The position numbers and the translations under genes are program-made. The notes under the pieces are model-generated. The model was given only the letters and a program-made list of their open reading frames with translations, searched no databases and was not told the DNA's origin. A stretch of DNA of 48,416 bases, filler included, from Jimgerdemannia flammicorona (lineage: Eukaryota), in the NCBI GenBank assembly GCA_003990765.1. It is 2 parts of 2 records of this genome, joined end to end, with 100 filler letters (N's around TTAATTAATTAA, not from the genome) between each part and the next. Parts side by side here need not be neighbours in the genome. Positions count along the whole stretch, not along the records: positions 24,259 to 48,416 come from RBNJ01001017.1; 1 more part is not named here. One strand, given 5' to 3'. Shown one piece after another: positions 24,918 to 38,970 of this stretch; within the stretch, counting starts at the first letter, position 1, and every line of letters starts with the position of its first letter.

Positions 24918-25303
24918 AGAATCTAAAAGTAATACTTAGACTATTTTACCACAACAGACAATTAAAACTCAGAACTTCCTTATAAGAACTCAGAACTTAG
25001 GGCTGATAATTATCTTGATTATCTGCAATATATTAATTCTCTCAATATATAGTTTATTATAATTTAGTAATAGTAAAAGTTACTCTTATTTATAAGCAAA
25101 CTTCTCTTAAGAAACTTACTATAAATATAAAAATAAAATTTTGAATTTAGATGAATTGAGTTATATTTCTAACAGAAAATGCAAACTTGAAAAAATCAGA
25201 TTTTTTCAATTAAAAAATCACTGCTTAAAAGACGTTCCCATATACCATCTAAGGGATAGACAACTCAGTTAAAATTATCAATATTATTAGTAATAATTAA
25301 ATA

Positions 25304-28300
25304 ACATACCTTTTTCTGATAATATTTAGATTATACAAACTTTTGGCAATACTCAAGATATTGTTTTTAGAGAAAAGATACTAGTAACATAGTAACTAAT
25401 AAGTATTCTGAGATATATATTGAGCAGGGCAGCTCTAGTATATTTGACTGGCAGTATGTAGGGAGGAGTCATGGCTTGGAGAGAAGTATGTGGGGCTTGC
25501 TAACTGGAGGACATGGAAGAGGAAGAGATAGTACTGAGAGACAGAGATCTGAGAGGATGAGCTTTGTAGACAAGATAAAGAAAGGTCATCTAATGACTAG
25601 ATTGGAGGGTTGGTTGAGGAAGAACAAGGAGATAGTGCAAGCTACAGGATCTGATAGAGTAGCTCAGGGCAGAGAGAGCAGTAGGGCTGAGAGAGTAGTG
25701 ACTAGAGAGAGCAGGACTACTGATAGCAAGGAGACTGCTAATCTGGAAAAAAAATTCAAATATAATAGTTGATGGTAGATCTGGATAGAGAGTGAGCATG
25801 AGGCCCAGAGATCTGATGAATAGTATAACAGGTCTGGTGGCAGTACTATTACTTAAGAAATTGAGATCAGAATTTATTATCATATTGTGTTTCTGGAACT
25901 TAGTAGTGATAGTGAGGATGATTCTGAGACTTCTGGCCCAGGAGGTGAAGGGAGCAGTATCAGTGAAGTTTTTGAATACTTAGGAAGAGGTGAAGATGGG
26001 CTTTAAGAAGGAGGGTATGCTGTTAGAAGTGATGGAGAAGGGAGTAGTAGTGGTGGGGAGTAGCAATTCCTATGGCCTAGTGCTTGTACTGGGATCTCTA
26101 AGTAGTATAGCTAATAGTATTGAATGTTCTTATAGTATTGAAGGAGAGGGCCAAAGAGTTGATTGTAGAGACCATTAAGGAGTATAGAGATATTATAAAT
26201 GTTGGGTTTTGGGTCTGGAAAGACATAGAATTCAGAATAGGAGATGTGGATATCAGGGTATAGCTGGTAGATAAGGAGAATATAGAGAAAGCAAGGGACT
26301 GGCCAGTGGTCCTCAAATGGGGACCTGTGGAGTATAAGGTCTCAAGAGTGAAAGGGATATCAGAGGAAGAAGAGGACCTGCTAGAGGCATTGGAGGATCT
26401 GGCTGGGGCTGTGGAGAGAAGGAGATTGGCCTGGAAGGAGTTTGAGCCCAAGACAGTAGTGGAGATCATAAATGGCAAGAGGGTGCAGCTAGATCAGGCA
26501 GCATGGGAGAGGGTCCAGGAGAGGTACATTCAGAAGAATCTGTTGACTAAGTTGGAAGAGAGGGTGGCCAGGGGGACCTCCACTGAAGAGGTAGGATTGA
26601 GGATAAGTATCTGGGCAGAAGAGAAGAGAGCAGTACCAGAGGAGACTCCAGAAGAGAGAGAAGGCTCAGGACTGAGTATTGTTGTTGAGCAGAAATGGCA
26701 GAGGGGGAGTGCCCTCAGTATGGAGTGCTGGGTGGGGCTAGAGGAGATGATGAACTGCAGGATGTGCTGGAGGAGAATTGGGATGAGTTGGTGAGAAGGA
26801 ATACAGAGGGTGAGCAGGTGAAAGGGGGGAAGAGAGTGGCCCAGAGGGTGGCAGAAGCTGTCAATGAGGAGAAATGACTGTAGAAAAAGTTTGAGAATAT
26901 GATAGCTGAGGAGCTGGGGGGAGAGAACTTCCAGATACTGAGCAAGAGGTATTAGAGTGAAATCCTGCAAGGCAAGAAGGTGCTACAGAAACTCTGAGAT
27001 GAGATAATAGTAGCTTTGCTAAAGGCTGAGACATATCAAGTAGATGATAACAGAGAGGCAGCACTTCTGATGATTGCAAATGACAGGGCTGTATATATGT
27101 GGGGCCTGAGAAAAGGGCTGACAAAGTAGCAGGTAGTGTGCAAAGAGTACTGGACAGAGATGGAAGCTGTGGATAGTGTAGATTGTCAGGAGATCTTGGA
27201 GGCATTAGAGGCTCAGCAGGGAGAGGCTGATGAGCTTGAGGTAGAGAGGAACCTAGATGTTGCAGGTGATGCAGCAAGTATAAAATTGTAGAGTAGATAG
27301 CTGTTCTTTTAATAATATTATTCAATATAAACAGTATAACTAGAATCTTATCTTTGAATATCAATGGGCTATAGGGAGTGGTGAGATGTCAAAATATCTT
27401 TAGATGGTTGAAGGGGATGGAAGCAGATTTGTTCCTTCTACAGAATATTGAGTATAATGGGAATTTGTATATTCTAGACTAAATAAAGAAATGGGGTGGT
27501 GTGGCTATTTGGCATAAGTATGTGGGCATTCTGGTTAGGAAAGACAAGGGGGACATTGAAGATATTAGATATTGGGAAAGCAGGGTAGTGTAGAGAGTTT
27601 GAAAGAGACCAGGCTGGAGGCCCTTGATGGTTGGGTCATGTTATTGTCCAGCAGAAAGAGAGGAGAGAGTGGAATGGATTTGAGGGCTACAAGAGTCTGG
27701 AGCATTGGTAGAGACCAGGATTGACTGACTTGGGGGGGACTTTAACATGTTATATAATAGAAGGATAGACAGAACTAATGGAGGAAGGGAGATAGTGGAT
27801 AGGAGTAGTGATATGGAAGTCTGGGAGGAAGTCAAACATCTGAGCTCATTAGTAAATACTGGGAGGCTTGGATGGGGGGATTGTAGGGTCTATACTCACT
27901 GGGTAGCAGGGCTGGGCTCAAGGATTGACTGGATGTTGACCACTGAATGCTAGAGAGTTGTTATTTAGAGAACTTTGGAAACTATTTCATATCTGTGGTC
28001 AGATCACTGGGGTCTGCTAGGAGGGGGTATTTTGGGGGTAATGGGGAAGGGCCTGGACATTGGTGTCTAAATACCTCTACTAGGAGAGACCTTCTTATAT
28101 AATGTATGGATAGTAGATATTAGCTTCAGAATACTTAGTTAGAGAGTGGAGGGGCTGAGGATTGGGGATTACTGGAGGAGATTGAAATCTAAGATACAAC
28201 AATACTGGGGGAAGATAGAAAGGATGCAGGGTGCTCAGAGGAAGAAGTGAGTGAGGTGGATCTCCCAGAGGTTGGCAAGGTTGTTGACATCTTGGGCAGA

Positions 28301-31041
28301 TATGTTGAATGATAGTAAGGAGAGATATTGAAGGATACAGCAGATCAGACTAGAGGTGGAGGAGCTACAGAGTATGCTGAGGCAAGAGGAGGATCTATAG
28401 GTTAAGGGCATGATGACCTGGCTGCAGTGGCAGAGACTGGAGGAGGGAGAGAGGCCTACTAAGTTTTTGTCATGGCTTCTGTAGGTAAGGAAAGTACAAT
28501 AGCAGTGGGAGGGGGTCTTGGATGAGGCTGGGGAGTTGATAGTGAGAACACTAGAGATTCTGGACCAGTTGAGCAAATGATGAGAGCAATTGTGAAGTGA
28601 GGAGAATGAGGGAGTAGGGTGCTAGATATTGACAGATATTTGGAGGAATGGCACCCAGATCCAGCAGCAGACTTAGGTGACCTGGGTGTGGCTGTCCAAG
28701 GAGAGGAGATTTAGCAGATACTGATGATGATGAGCTCAGAGATAGCACCAGGAGAGGATAGCTTATAGTGGGATTTTTGGAAGAAAATAGCAGGAGTTGA
28801 GGTGATTCTGGAGGAAATGACCACAATATGCAATGAAGTGATTAGCTTGGGGGTATGGATTAGGGAGCAGAGCTTGGGTCTTGTGGCTCTGCTATTTAAG
28901 AATAAGGGGAGGAGGGAGGAGTGGAAAAACTGGAGGCCAATCATGCTTCTGGATATGGACTGCAAATTGGTCATGAAGATATTGGTGGTTAGGCTGCAAG
29001 GAGTAGCTCAGTAGGTTCTGGGGGCAGAGCAGAGAGGATTCATAGGGGAATGTCTGATCAGGGATAAGATAGCCTGAGTGTATGATGTCATCAAGAGAGC
29101 TTGTACTACTGGGGTAGATAGATGACTGGTTTTCTTAGACCAAAAGAAGGCCTATGACAGAGTCTGGCATATGTGGTTGGAAGGGGTACTAAAGCATATT
29201 GAGGTCCCCTCTGGAGTCCAGCAGGCCTTGGTCAGTTTGCTGGAAGAGAGTTAGGTAGCAATCATAGTGAATGAGTATAGGGGGGTTTCTTTCTCTCTGG
29301 GCAGAGGAGTGCTACAGAGGGATCTACTATTACTAATCCTATATGTATTGTCCCTGGAGTCTTTTTTGGATAGGATACAGTGAAAGGGTGGGGAGGTTGG
29401 ACATTCTGGAGGTTAATTGGAAGGTGGGGCCTTCACTAACAATATAGTAGTTGGACTGGGGTCAGCTGAGAATGTTGTAGCACTGAAAGGTACAGTAGAA
29501 TAATATGAGAGATACATGAGTACTAAGCTCAACTGACATAAGTGTGAGACCTTAGTTTTGGGAGGAGGGATAGTAGGTGGGGACATGATTAGAACAATTG
29601 TCTCAGCAGGAGAAATAGTTCACTATCTGGAAATCTACTTTTTGGTATATGGTTCCTTGTTATCTTATAGATGATGGGAGCAGTAGTTAGAGGAGTGGGG
29701 GAGCACTCTCTTGGGGTAGAGTGATCATTATATATCTTTGGCAGGAAGGGTGATAGTGCTGAATATATACTGGCTGCTAAAGCTATAGTATCTGGGGTAC
29801 TATTTGGACTTTCCAGCATGGGTGGTCAAGCAATTATTGATAATGACCAGGATCTGAATATAGGCAGAGCAACAGAGTCAGATTGGTTGGAAGGTATTGA
29901 TCTGGCCAGTGAACTGGAGAGGCCTGGGTCTGGTGGATTTTCTCAAGTATCTTCATTGCTTAAGGGTATAGTGGCTGAGGCAAGCAAGTGAGTTGAGAGA
30001 TGGAGAGTGGATTCCTCTCATATAGAGAGTGTGAGAGGTTTAGTTCTCCCTCATAGTGTGACCAGGGATCTTCTATCTCTAGTGGCTTTGAAGGGGAGTT
30101 AGAGGATGCACTATAGGGGATTCTAGTGGGAGGTGGTTGGTGGGGCTCATCATATTGATCTCTGATAGCAGAGTGATGAGGGAGAGGAGAAGTGGGGACT
30201 CCAGATGTAGAGGTGGGACTGCCTTCTGTTGAACAGGATACTGGTAGATGACTTCTATTTAGAGGATAGCATAGAGTACCTTTGGGAGCATGGGAGAGAT
30301 CTATGGTCTGAAGTATAGCAAGGGGTGGAGATTTGAGAAGAGTGGGACTGGAATAGAATTTAGTAATAGAGCAAGCAGGCAGTGAGATAGATTTCCCCCA
30401 AGTTCTGAGTGGTATAGTGGAGAATTCTATAGTAGAATATAATATTAAACTATTGGATGAATTACTTGGTAGAAGGAGATGTCCAGGAGTATGAAGAGTA
30501 TCTGAATGTCAGACAGGAGAGAGGAGTGATACAGACTTCTGAACATTAGTTAGGGGAGTGTGAGGTGATAGGTGACTTTTAGAGGGTGATTGAGAGGCAG
30601 CTAGAGGGGTACTGACCAGGGCTGGTGACAGGAGGGAGGTTGGGTGACCTCCAGAGGAGATTGGTGGGGGGTTGAGTGATGAGTGATTGATATTAAAATA
30701 GGTGCTAGTTATTTGGATTGGACTTGTAGGATATTGGCTATATGTATTTGAGGAGGATCAATGGTTGACATTGGGGGTAAGGGTGGTTAGATGAGAGTGG
30801 CTGATAATGGATTTGTTGAATGGGTAGTGGAGGAGTGAGAGTGCTGGTGAAGAGTATTGGAGACAACTAGTAGAGACAATCTATAGGAAAAGTTGGGAGA
30901 GGATTGGAGTGACAGAGGGATTAGTGGTATTTCAGGAGAATAGTAAGAAAGAGAGAGAGCTTCCAAGTGAGATTGAGTGAGGAGTCCATTTATATTAGTA
31001 TATTATAGATGATTCGATAATAAAGTGGAAGTCCTTATAAC

Positions 31042-31080
<39 letters not shown>
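25304..31080 (+). mobile_element. Full-length, strongly decayed L1/Tx1-like LINE
   Basis: ORF1 remnants 25390-27290. ORF2 with SLNING, GGDFN, SDHW, WRPIMLLD, LDQKKAYD. AATAAA and long poly(A) ending at 31080. 5' boundary approximate. Confidence 0.92.
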
Positions 31081-31082
<2 letters not shown>

Positions 31083-31095
31083 TAATTAAAGAACA

Positions 31096-32596
31096 CCTTC
31101 ACCCAGACTCCTCCTCAGAACTAAGCTGAAGAAGTTAATAAAATTATCATTAAGTAGACAAAGATCCATACAAGCTAAGAGAAATTTGATAATCTCAACA
31201 ATAAAACTATCTAGAAAGTATTTAACTAGTACTCTCAATGAATCAAATTGAATCAAGAGTCCAATTTGATTTAAACTTTAATAGAATTGAAAAATCCCCA
31301 ATTCAATTTGATTCAAATGACCCTCAATTCAATTCAATTCAAATTGATTTGATTTATTTGAAAGTACTATATTTGACACATTCAGAGAAGTTACCCACAT
31401 ACAAGAAATTAGAAAGATTAATTAGCAGCCACCTCTATAAGAAATATACAAGAGAATATATTGAAGCTATAAGTAAATATTTCCTGAATCTCCTCCTCAA
31501 CAATTACTACTATACAGCCAAGGCCTTTCTGAACTATAAGAGATATTATACTAATCAAAGAAAATCTCATCTCTACTACTGAGTCTTTTATATATAAGTA
31601 AAGATAATCTAATAGTGAGGATTACAAACTACTAAATCTAGTAAAGTCTCTATCACATCATCTCAACTAAGAAGAATAGTTAAAAAAACACCCAAATCTG
31701 ATACCAATGGCCTCAGTACTACTATAAACCCCCTATAAAGAACATTAAGTCCATCAAAAATCACTGCAAAAGACCTAGCAATAACTCTATCAAAACTACC
31801 AATCTACAGACTGATTACTAAGTTCATCTATCTTAATGATATTATAGAAGAAATAACTATATATCACACTATCTCTGAGATAATAGTATCTGAGGAAAGA
31901 TCACCACTATCTTATTAAATGTGATAAAAATAGTAAAATGACATTAGCAGATAAAAAGATAGTAGTTCTGACTGATCAAGTAACCATACTTATCTAAGCC
32001 CTCTACCTTAGCATCAAAATGAATAAACCTACAAAGATCTCTAACTCATATTATTTAAAGACAAAGTAGACCAAGTAATAATATTTATAAGATAAGTTGA
32101 TACTAGTTATCATGTTAATGAATGAAAAAACAATAGGAATCCAGACAGTACTCTTAATAATAATGAGTACTATAAGATTAAAGATCTCTATCTTATAAGT
32201 AGAAAAAGTCACTATATATTTTATAGATATAGCTGCTCAGTAGTAGTATAACCTCCCAGTATATCCTCTCATCTGAAAAACTCATACTGAAATTAATACA
32301 AGTAAAGAAATGACAATTGCTCAAACTATAAAGTCTACTTAGCTACATACCATAGGTCTAAAGGAGCTGATCATCTAATAGTTTTACAGCTCTGCTCATA
32401 TATATATATCACCAAAATCGGAACTAAGCTTAAGAACCTCCAATTCTATAATAATAGGAAAGAAGACTTAGAAGCATTTGCAATGAGATTAGAAATTCTT
32501 TTAAATACTATAGGAGTAAAATATAGATAATAAGAATAAACAGTAAATAGAACCAGAGCAGTATACTTCTTTGATATCATCTCTAGATAGTTTTCT
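31096..32596 (+). pseudogene. gag: Decayed gag fragment of a Gypsy element (E) related to element A
   Basis: GLKELII...KLKNLQFYNNRKEDLEAFAMRLEILLNTIGV...RAVYFFD aligns with A gag GLKQLMI...KLCNLKFDIYGKEEFKTFCTKLESLLNTVGL...RADNLFD. Confidence 0.75.
31227..31369. mobile_element. Short (143 bp) internally deleted copy of the hAT MITE
   Basis: TAGTACTC...AAGTACTA termini. 8-bp TSD tatttaac / tatttgac. Matches both ends of 4553-4976. Confidence 0.85.
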
Positions 32597-32779
32597 TATA
32601 CTGATAGTAGAGATACTATACTTGTATTCCAAGTTAATAGGACTCAGAATCATTAACAAGTCAGGTCTAGTACTCTAAATAAGTCAATTCAAATTAAATC
32701 TGGATTTGATTCATCATATGACAGTTAAATCTGAATCTCAATCCAAAGCCATCCAAATTAACTCAGATTAATCCAAATC

Positions 32780-33060
32780 ACTCCATCTGAATCACCCCAT
32801 CTGAATCACCCCATCTGAATCACCCATCTGAATCACTCTATCCAAACCACTCCATCTGAACTACTCAATCTGAATTACTCAATCTGAATCACTCAATCAG
32901 AATCACTCAATTCAAATCACTCAATCTGAATCCTCCAATTTGAATCCTCCAATTTGAATTCTCCAATTTGAATTCTTCAATCCAAATTCTCATCTGAATC
33001 CTTCAACTGAATCCTCCAATCTGAATCCTCCAATCTGAACCCTCCAATCTGAATCCTTCA
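32780..33060 (+). repeat. hAT subterminal 13-bp tandem repeats (AATCTGAATCACTC-like)
   Basis: About 20 degenerate units. The right end has GATCAATCTG-type 10-mers at ~39185-39245. Confidence 0.85.
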
Positions 33061-33189
33061 CATGACATATATGTATCAGATATATCTATATATATAATAT
33101 ATGTATATACATACAAATACATACACAAATATACATATATACATGCAAACACATATTGACAGATCAGTCTTCAATAGTTTACAGTACTA

Positions 33190-35770
33190 ATGATGCTTCA
33201 AGTTAAATATCCCCAATAATTCCACACCTTCCACATAATCCTTGCTCTAAAATCTGACAACATTGTACTAAGATGGAAGATGATGTTGTTTGTAACTATT
33301 GCAGATATAAAATTAAAAAAAAAATATATATATGCACCTATGATATAACTGACACTTTGTTTGATATATATATAATACTATTTCATCTACTCTCATAAAC
33401 TGCACAGCTAGAAGTTCAAAATGCATGGTAGTTTGACTTCAAACATATATCTATACATAAAAGATAGGTACTCTGATAAAATCAAAAAGAATACAGAGAC
33501 AAATAAAATCAATATCTAAGCTATAGTGGGTATGTTTATCCAATTGCCTGACCATTTCTGTATCAACCCCATTTAATCAAAAATATTTAGCCATACTCTT
33601 TGGTAGAATTTTGAAATTGGCTCATTTACTAGATTGTGTACACAGACCAGCTATTTACAACCATCAAGAGTGATCAATTACATAGTATCTTTGGTCTCCT
33701 CAAGTATGATTTATATTTGCCAAGTGCCAATACTATTTACAAAGATATCTTAGAGATCTATAGGAAGGAGCATGACAATCTCTGCCAGACACTTCAGATA
33801 AAATAAATAAATAAGAGCAGTACTGTGACCTTTGCAAGCTAAATTATATATATATATATTTATAAAGAGCTCACCAATTTAATCTCATATTCAATAAGCA
33901 GAATTTGGCAGGCAAAATTTTGTTTACAATTGATACATAGATATCCTCCAATGTAATTTCATTTCTAGGTATTACTGGTCATTGGATTGACCTTAATTGG
34001 TAGCTTAAATCTCTCACCCTTGACTTTGTCAAACTTGCTGGCCCTCATTCTGGAGACAACATCACAGATGCTTTTATTAGTTATTTCTGAGAGCTTGGAA
34101 TCACAACCAAGATAAAAAAGAGGGGCTTGCCATCAGGTTAGCATTTTGAGAGAGGTCCTAAAACAAAATAGATTTTATTAGTTATTTATTTTTGCATAAA
34201 TTTGCCAACCAAATATTTCAAGTAGAGATTTTGGCCATTATGACAGATAATGCTACAAACAACTCAACATTTTTCTAAGTTTTAGTGGCCAGTCTCAAAC
34301 AGGAAAATGTGGTCTTTGGTATAGAAAGCTACCATATATGATACCAGGCCCATGTACTGAACCTTGCTGTTTAGAACTATCTTATGTATGTAGACAAAAC
34401 ATCTAAGAGAGGAGGGGCCCTGAGTATAGTTTCCAAGCTATGCAAACTGGTTGTGTTGGTCTGATTGTCTCTACAATAACAAGACAAATTTACTGTATAG
34501 TATAGGACAATCAGTTTAGCCCTGAAAGAGCTTATATTAGATATCTGTATACATTGAAACTTAATATTTGCAATGATCCAGTGTATGCTAGAGTTTGCTA
34601 TAGTATGCATCCTTTTTTTTCTTCAGTTGGCTGAAGTAACTTGTTTTGAATAATTGAAGATTATTTTTTTTTAAAAAAAAAAAACAAAAAAAGCCAATAG
34701 ATTCAACAATAGCTGTCAATAAGGAAATGCAGGGCAAGGCTCTAAGTAAAAGTGAGTAGGATGTACTTAGGAATGTTGTCAGAGTTTTGAAAGTAAGTGG
34801 TGATTGCTCTGGCCCTATACTTGTTTTGTCTGCCTCCACATAATGTAATACCTTATTACATATAACTGTCAGTATTTTAATAATTGTACATATAAAGGAT
34901 ATAGTCAAACAAATGACCCCAACAATAAGCTCTATAATACCAGTATATAACCTTCTGATTGACTGGCTAGAAGACTAGCTTAAGAATAGGCTGGAGGGTT
35001 GTGGTGATTTACAGTTAAGCCCAGATCAGAGAGATGCTATGGAGGTTGCTCTAAGCAAGCTCAGAAAATACTACTCCAAAACAGATACCACTATATACTC
35101 AATCAGTATAGATATGTCAGCATGTAACTGTTGCCTCTTCTAAAAACAGAGAAACCCAACAAAAACTCACTCTCTTTCTCTGAACAGTGCTGGACCTATG
35201 CTTAAAGCTATAATACTATAAAGATCAGCTAGGAGTAGCACTCATTGAGAGAACCAAGCAGGCTATAATTGAAACATACTGGAAAAACTATATACCACCA
35301 CAAGGTTCTGGCTGAAGTCCAGATAAATATGCTGAGAGATCCCTCCTGTCCTATATTTATATACTTCAGTAGAAAAAGGAAGAGGGAGCCATTAGTGGAA
35401 GAGCTGTCATCAATAGATGAACTCACCATTTATCTCACCAGTGACTGCATAATCCTACTGAAGGACATAGAGGTGCTCAACTAGTGGAAAGTGAGTTGTC
35501 AGATAGGTAGTTGGTTGTATTGGACCAATTTAATCCACCATTCTAACCACTGCTCTATTCACCAGAGCATACAGCTGCATCAAGCAGACTTCCCCAGCCT
35601 GTGTAGTATGGCTCAGGACTACCTGGCAATTTCTGCCTCCAGCACTCTCATTGAGCAAGTATTCTCAGGTGGGGTGGATCTTGTTGCCCCTAAGAGATGT
35701 ATGCTGAATACTGAGACAATCCAGGATTGTATATATATATCTGAAATCTTGGTAGGGCTTGGACCACTAA
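33190..35770 (+). pseudogene. hAT transposase, intron-containing, disrupted
   Basis: BED-finger-like I*QHCTK...VCNYC. FTIDT*ISSNVISFLGITGHWID, AGPHSGDNI, ILAIMTDNATNN, AHVLNLAV, ELILD (DDE core). FPSLCSMAQDYLAISASSTLIEQVFSGG (hATC dimerisation domain). AT-rich intron-like gaps. Confidence 0.92.
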
Positions 35771-35859
35771 AATTCAGTGGCTCCTGGGATTTGCAGATAA
35801 GTTAATTGGCCTTGTAGATTATTTAATACTTCAAAATAAAAAGGATAAAAAACTTAGGA

Positions 35860-36480
35860 CTCAGTCCAGAGTTTGTGGCCCAAGTGGGGCAGTGGTTGGC
35901 AGGGTTAGTGGTGACAGAGAGAGCATACAAAATTTGCAGCCCTCTACCTGCAGCAAGGACAGCCCCAAGCTGTCAGTGCCCAGGTTGGTGGGTAGAATTA
36001 GTGGACATGGGGTCAGCAGAGAGAGTACACAAAATTTGCAGCCCTCTGCTGGCAGTAAGGGACAGCTCCAAGCTACAAGTGTCCAGGACAGGGGAGTAGG
36101 TGGAGAGGGCAGGGTAGGCAGAGGGAGCAGGGTAGGTGGAGGGGTGGGGTAGGCAGAGGGAGTATACAAAATTTGCAGCCCTCTACCAGCAGCAAGGGGC
36201 AGCCACAAGCCATCAGTGTTTGGGTTGGTGGGTGTGGGGTCAGCAGAGAGAGCACACAAAATTTGCAGCTGGCAGCAAGGAGTAGTCCCAAGCCACAAGT
36301 GTCTGGGATGGGGGGGTTGGCAGAGGGAGTACACAAAATTTGCAGCCCTCTGCCAGCTGCATGGAGTACCCTCAAGCAGCTTGTACCTGGGCCAGGGGTT
36401 AGTGGGGTTGGCAGAGGGAGTGTGCAAAATTTGCAGCCCTCCACCAGCAGTATAGAGACAACCCCAAGCTACCAAGGAGT
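35860..36480. repeat. Degenerate minisatellite inside the hAT (six units, core CAAAATTTGCAGC)
   Basis: Core recurs about every 78-138 bp. The intervening sequences are related to each other. Confidence 0.9.
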
Positions 36481-36489
36481 CTGAGTCCA

Positions 36490-36655
36490 GGTTGGAGAGT
36501 GCTTCTGGTGATTGGAGGGTGCTTCTGGCAGTTAGAGGGTGCTTCTGGTGGTTGGAGGGTGCTTCTGGCAGTCAGAGGGTACTTCTGGTGATCAGAGAGT
36601 ACTTCTGGTAGTCAGAGGACATTTCTGGTAGTTAGAGGGTACTTCTGGCAGTCAA
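36490..36655. repeat. 21-bp tandem repeat (GTTGGAGGGTGCTTCTGGTG-like), about 8 units
   Basis: Directly visible tandem array. Confidence 0.9.
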
Positions 36656-36870
36656 AGTCCACTACAGATTTGAGCCTCATCACCAGTTCGGGTCCCATGA
36701 GCACCCTGGCCCTACACTATAGCACTGTACAGATGGCACTACAGAGCAGGGCCAAGGGGCCAGTAGGGCCCAGCATAATGGCTAAACTAGTGCTACAGAA
36801 GAGGCATCTGGCTGGCAGCCCAACTTCCAATAAAAGACTACTCAACCCATACAAAATGACTACTGAACCC

Positions 36871-38970
36871 TTATGAAAGATTGTCTAACCCTCACAAAAA
36901 CTGTTCCACCCACCAGTTCCAGGCCTTAATGAGCCTGTCATCTATTGTGAGTGTGATGACTATTGTATCCAAGCTCTCCTCAAAGGTGGTAGTACTATAG
37001 TGGTCATGTGGTTAGAATAGAACAGCTATATTGACTATAAATGAGACCCCAAAACTATAGGTGAGGTCATACTAGACTCCACTGCTATCCTCTCAGGTTG
37101 GGTCCTTCCTTTTCAGAATGTAAAACATTATTAAGGTGATATTGTTGTCTGTGTGTATGGGCAGAGAAATATTGCAACCAACATATCCTGATATAACACA
37201 AGTATATAGTTGGGTGAACCCTTGGCCCAGGACCTCATACTGCCAGGCTATACTGGTGGATGCCTGCTCTTGATCCAGCCCTGGGAGCCCCAGCTAGGAA
37301 ATCTACCAAAATAGATGGTATCCAGTCAGTCCTTTTTGTATATGGGGAGGCAGAAACCCCCTGAGCTGCAGAAACCCCCTGGGCTGCAGCACCAAAAAGG
37401 TAGAGCTCCTCACCTCATATGGTATGGTAAATTGCACCAAGAATGTATATATAGATCACCACTAAGCTGGCCTACTATATACTCTACCAATCTGCTCAAA
37501 GAACTCCAGATCATAGCTACTATTACTGTATAGGCCATGTCATACTCATGTATTGTTTGCTCTTTGATAGTACTTCTAAAGTTCCAGTAAGGATACAGAA
37601 TCTTGTGTATCTCTGGAATTGTATCAAAAAGAGTAGTTGGCAGAGAGAGTGATTATCTGAGAAGGAGAAAAAAAAAGAGAGATGAGTGTAGGAAATTTTG
37701 GAACTCTGGAACCCACCCTTTACCAGTATTGCAGTATACTCAATTCCTGTCCAAACCCCCCCTCCTTGCTTTTTTCACCCCCTCTTTCCTATCACCTGAT
37801 ATTTGATACAATCCTTGCACACCTCATTGATGTGGTGCCAAAGCTTGTTACTGTAGAGATTCCTTATCACTATCATAACCACCTCTCTATAATCATTAAT
37901 AATGATATAGTTCTCTTCATCATTGGTTACTCTTACTGGCCAATGAACCCCTTGGTCAAGAATGATTGGCTCTGATTCAAATATAGACCCCCAAGCCTTA
38001 ATGATGATATTGGTACTGCTCATGCTGAATATCTTGCTCTCAAATTTCTCTATTTGATCAGATGCTAGATGTAGTTGAACTTGAGTATCTTTGAACTCTT
38101 CTTTCTAATGGAACTGAGTCCTGATCTAAGGGGCTAAGATAAGTATGCAGGCAGGTTACATACAGGTGGGTTGCATGTAGATGAGTTGTATGTAAACAGA
38201 TTGCATACAGACAGATTGCATGTGGATGGGTTACATGTGGACAGGTTGCATGTGGACAGGTTACATGCAGACAGGTTGTGTGCAGGTATTGTGTGGGTGT
38301 TTTTTAGAGGAGACTATATAAAAATGAAGTTAAATAAAATATAAAAATGGGTATTTTAGAAAAAGAGCATAAGTGAGTGAGTTGTATGCCAATGAGTTGC
38401 ATGAGTTGTACAAAATTGCCCATGAAGGCTTGCTTCTATTCTTTTTGAGACCTCTGCCATATGATACATTGACTCAACAGCTCAGCCACCAAAGGCATGC
38501 CCTGCAATATCTGCCAGCCTTTCTTTATCTTGACCAGATGTTGCAAATAAAGTTGATAGATCTTGCTATAGAGCTATAGACTTTAAGAAAGGTATGAGGT
38601 AAATTGGGTCATATTGGGGGAAATTAAAAAAGTAAATATAAGTAAACAAGTGATGGCAGAATGAGCAACCTACATCTACTATCAGCTGCTCCAAAAAGGC
38701 TACTATGTATATAGCTATGAGGTTTGTGAATTCTGAGGTCTAAAGGACTACCATGAGTTGTTGCCAGAATTCTCCCTCATCTCTGCCATTACCACCACCA
38801 TCACCATTGCCACTACCATTGCTATCACCACCACTATTGCCACTGCTATTGCTCCTTTGGCTCTTGATGAGCAGCTTGTATGCTGTCCATATGAGAAATA
38901 ATCTAATATTGTCAATAGAGAGTATATTTCTACCTCAAATACTCCCTCTTTTGATGATCATTGTAGGGTA
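36871..38970 (-). pseudogene. Putative second (cargo) gene of the hAT, multi-exon, product unknown
   Basis: Coding-like blocks separated by a GTAGGT...TTAAAG intron (~38674-38581) and other AT-rich gaps. Frames reopen when TGA/TAG/TAA are read as decayed CGN/CAR. Last exon ~37600-36871 ends IKAWNWWVEQFL*GLDNLS*. Confidence 0.55.
38148..38285 (-). repeat. 15-bp tandem repeat (GCAACCTGTCCACAT-like), about 9 units
   Basis: Visible tandem array, in frame with the downstream cargo exon. Confidence 0.85.

Noticed and set aside
24918..25300. Possible LTR of element E
   Set aside because: TATA-like and repeat-like motifs are present, but no termini, PBS or second copy could be established.
25293..31095. 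TSD ataattaaataaca / ataattaaagaaca for the 25304 LINE
   Set aside because: AT-rich with a transversion mismatch. Plausible but not secure, so it was used only as an approximate boundary.
35915..36445. CRISPR-like array (repeated CAAAATTTGCAGC core with variable spacers)
   Set aside because: Spacers are homologous to each other and vary widely in length, there are no cas genes, and the context is a eukaryotic transposon. It is a minisatellite.
35861..36484. Overlapping ORFs of 74-204 aa on both strands
   Set aside because: They are by-products of the GC-rich tandem repeat and show no recognisable domain.
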